Assembly: GCA_040770465.1 (NCBI GenBank)
Contig: JAXGJB010000028.1
Coordinates: forward strand, 1 to 38,179
Direction of reading: 5' to 3'
Source: Methanothrix sp.
GTDB lineage: Archaea; Halobacteriota; Methanosarcinia; Methanotrichales; Methanotrichaceae
DNA: 38,179 nucleotides
Shown: piece by piece, positions 35,842 to 38,179 of the stretch
Layout of the letters: each line of letters opens with the position of its first letter
Position numbering within the stretch: the first letter of the stretch is position 1
Notes under the pieces: model-generated
Told to the model about the DNA's origin: nothing
Database searches by the model: none
Seen by the model: only the letters and a program-made list of their open reading frames with translations
Translations under genes and position numbers: made by a program

Positions 35842-36009
35842 TCATGTCCGTTCTATCTGCAATTCCTTCAACCTGGATCGTAGGGCTCTCATGCTCACCT
35901 TGTGGACCAGCGATATGGCCACCAGATCTCCGTAGCCCTCTGCTTCCTCTCTGAGCACGCGGTCCAGATTCTTCCCCTGCGTTGGATTTTGGTTTGGTGT
36001 CTCGTTCAT
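35842..36009 (-). CDS. Small hypothetical protein (55 aa), below the ORF-track cutoff
   Basis: MNETPNQNPTQGKNLDRVLREEAEGYGDLVAISLVHKVSMRALRSRLKELQIERT*; GAGGAG RBS at 36018-36023 and an AT-rich TATA-like box upstream. Confidence 0.55.
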   Translation of the reverse strand: MNETPNQNPTQGKNLDRVLREEAEGYGDLVAISLVHKVSMRALRSRLKELQIERT

Positions 36010-36339
36010 GTATATATCTCCTCAATTTTAAATATTTTGTTAGTTTTGCCCGTTCCGGTCCACGCATGGCTCGATGGCCGCCGCACAAAAACAGCGAGAA
36101 CGTCAAAATCCTGCGGAGCTGATGACTTCGCCCCTGACTCTGCACTCGCTTCTCACTTCTTCCGTCTTGCCACCAGCATGCCGCAGATCGCCAAACGGAA
36201 GATCCCCGTCCCGAGAAATCGAAGCAGATCGAAGACGAGAGAGAAACTGTCTGAAACCGTCTCTTTGATAGGCAGTCCGGCGCAGCGAAATCGCCGCGCC
36301 GACCGCCAACCGCCAACCACGTTTTGACTGATGATAAGT

Positions 36340-36582
36340 CTAGACCTTGTGGGCTATTGCGAACCTTTGCATGACCTTGTCGACCAGTATGGTGGCCTTG
36401 TCGCCAACACCGGTCTCTGGAACGAAGATGACAAAACCCTCTATTCTGGCGATGCCATCTCCCTGCTTTGATACGTCCTCGATCTCAACGTCGTATTCCT
36501 TTCCGGTCTCGACTGGCGCAGAGGGACCAAACCCGCTGCCACCAAAAGAGCCTCTATTATTACCGTACAAACTTTGCACCAT
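36340..36582 (-). CDS. Single TRAM-domain RNA-binding protein
   Basis: APVETGKEYDVEIEDVSKQGDGIARIEGFVIFVP.T.VGD...FAIA. Confidence 0.93.
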   Translation of the reverse strand: MVQSLYGNNRGSFGGSGFGPSAPVETGKEYDVEIEDVSKQGDGIARIEGFVIFVPETGVGDKATILVDKVMQRFAIAHKV

Positions 36583-36963
36583 CCTTTGCGAAAAACCATA
36601 AAACAGAACAGCTTAACGCGGGGGGGCTGAAAGGCGTGTGACTATTTAAGGCTTTGTACACCGGGTTCTGTCAAGTTATCGGTAGGTAACTTCTAGGCGC
36701 TATCAATCCCAAACAAACGTAACACTAAATAACAACCAATATTTTAAGCTCTGATTATTATTTATAGTAAGTAATGATATGGTTAGAGTCGGCCCTTCCA
36801 TGCAAAAGCTTTTACCATATTTAGGTTAAAGCGAATTCTATGGTGGTCCAAGTGACGAAAAACGAAAAGCCGAGTAAAGAAGACGAGGTTATAGTTGAAG
36901 TAGATGGTGAATCAACAACTTCTGACTCGAAACTTGCTAAGCATGGGGTTTGTGCCGAAGATC

Positions 36964-37443
36964 CTAAGGGTCAAAAATAATTAGCCATGCTATAGCTAAA
37001 AACTCTACAGCAATTGCGGCTATCGTAAGCTTAAAACTCCATTTTAGATATTTGGCTTTATCGAAATATTTTTTATATAATTCTCTCTCATATTTCACAT
37101 AATTAGCAGCCAATTGCCTTGCTATTGCTTTATAATCAAGATCCTTGAACAATCCTTTAGATTTTTCACTATCCGGTCTTTCCCATCCTCTAAGGTAAAT
37201 ACAAAACAACAATAGGGCTAATGATCCTATAAGAAGTGTTGGTGCTATGTATGCCAAAGCATAGTTAAAATAATTTGCTATTATATATCCAAATATCGAT
37301 ATTAAAATCGTATTAAAGGCGATCATGCCATACGCTTTGTTATCTAAAGCCGTCGTCAAATTCTCTAGTTGAAAGAACGCTTGGCGTGTTTCTTCAACCA
37401 ATAAACTGTGTTTTTCAACCGACAAATCTTGTTTTTCATCCAT
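36964..37443 (-). CDS. AT-rich hypothetical membrane protein (3 TM), possibly Pycsar-effector-like
   Basis: LDNKAYGMIAF followed by two TM segments, a soluble loop, then KAKYLKWSF and a C-terminal TM. Confidence 0.7.
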   Translation of the reverse strand: MDEKQDLSVEKHSLLVEETRQAFFQLENLTTALDNKAYGMIAFNTILISIFGYIIANYFNYALAYIAPTLLIGSLALLLFCIYLRGWERPDSEKSKGLFKDLDYKAIARQLAANYVKYERELYKKYFDKAKYLKWSFKLTIAAIAVEFLAIAWLIIFDP

Positions 37444-37619
37444 TTTAATACACCTTTGAAGTCCAAATATAAGTTCCTTTTTGCCTATTTAAATCATGGC
37501 TCATAAAAATACCTTAATTATTTAGGTTTTATATATTTTATTAGTCAACACCTAAAATCTAGGGTACAGAACCAATCAAACTGAAAGTCTTAAATAACAT
37601 TATGTATAATAAAGATAAC

Positions 37620-38179
37620 ATGGGAAAACTAGGTATATTCGTGTTGCTATTCGCGGCTTTAATAAGCATTAGTGCCGCAGAAAGATATTCTATATTAGAA
37701 AATTATTATTCTGTCGATATTCCTGAAGGCTGGTATATAATGGAAAATGGCTCTGAAAAGATTGTCCTAACAGATAATAATTCATCAATTAAAATAGAAT
37801 TTGTTAACATAACTAGCAATGAATTCAATCAGAAAGCGTTGCACTATCTTCAACTTAGGGGGAAATTTTTAGATTACGATCTCGAAGATTTGCCACCAGA
37901 TTTTTATAAATTTGTTTACGAATTAACTCCATTTTATTCCAATGGTATATTAAATAAGTATTATAGGGACGAAATTTTAAACACTAGTAATGTATATAGT
38001 GGCGGAGACGGGATGTTTATTCTTAAACTAGATGATATATCATCAGTTTCATATTTCTATAACCAAGACAAAACAGAATGGATTATAACCTGGTTTACAA
38101 AGGAGTACAAAGGTTTAGGTATTAGAGCAATATTTTCAGGAAGCTATAGAATGATTGACTTAGAAAAAACCACTGCCGA
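37620..38179 (+). CDS. AT-rich secreted hypothetical protein, truncated at the window edge
   Basis: Not in the ORF track. MGKLGIFVLLFAALISISAAERYSILENYYSVDIPEGWY... stays open to the end; signal peptide; YSVDIPEGW resembles a PsbP-like first motif. Confidence 0.7.
   Translation, partial: MGKLGIFVLLFAALISISAAERYSILENYYSVDIPEGWYIMENGSEKIVLTDNNSSIKIEFVNITSNEFNQKALHYLQLRGKFLDYDLEDLPPDFYKFVYELTPFYSNGILNKYYRDEILNTSNVYSGGDGMFILKLDDISSVSYFYNQDKTEWIITWFTKEYKGLGIRAIFSGSYRMIDLEKTTA

Overview
GC-rich archaeal DNA from a methanogen, most consistent with Methanothrix/Methanosaeta (inferred from the McrA/McrG sequences and the mcrBDGA order lacking mcrC). From left to right: the end of a glycosylation locus (two GT2 enzymes and an NDP-sugar epimerase); a decaying hicB/hicA toxin-antitoxin patch; a roughly 12 kb cell-surface cluster (two paralogous secreted TPR proteins, several secreted beta-rich proteins, an 84-aa two-helix membrane protein with a Met/Ser repeat leader, a DUF1616-CPBP protease fusion, a TIGR04279-like protein, DUF1616, and a nucleotidyltransferase relic); an mmp10 + mgmA MCR-modification operon; an ArsC homolog lacking its catalytic Cys; a two-gene QueC-like + TIR module; mcrBDGA; then housekeeping genes (topA, tRNA-Asn, tRNA-Ile2, pelota, TtuA/NcsA, tRNA-Thr, Lrp + aminotransferase, CDP-alcohol phosphatidyltransferase, GNAT, PaaI, TRAM). 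The window ends in an AT-rich island. The two best candidates for undescribed systems are the QueC-TIR pair between the MCR-modification genes and mcrA, and the small-protein/CPBP/DUF1616 surface cluster. All family assignments come from motif recognition by eye; no searches were run.
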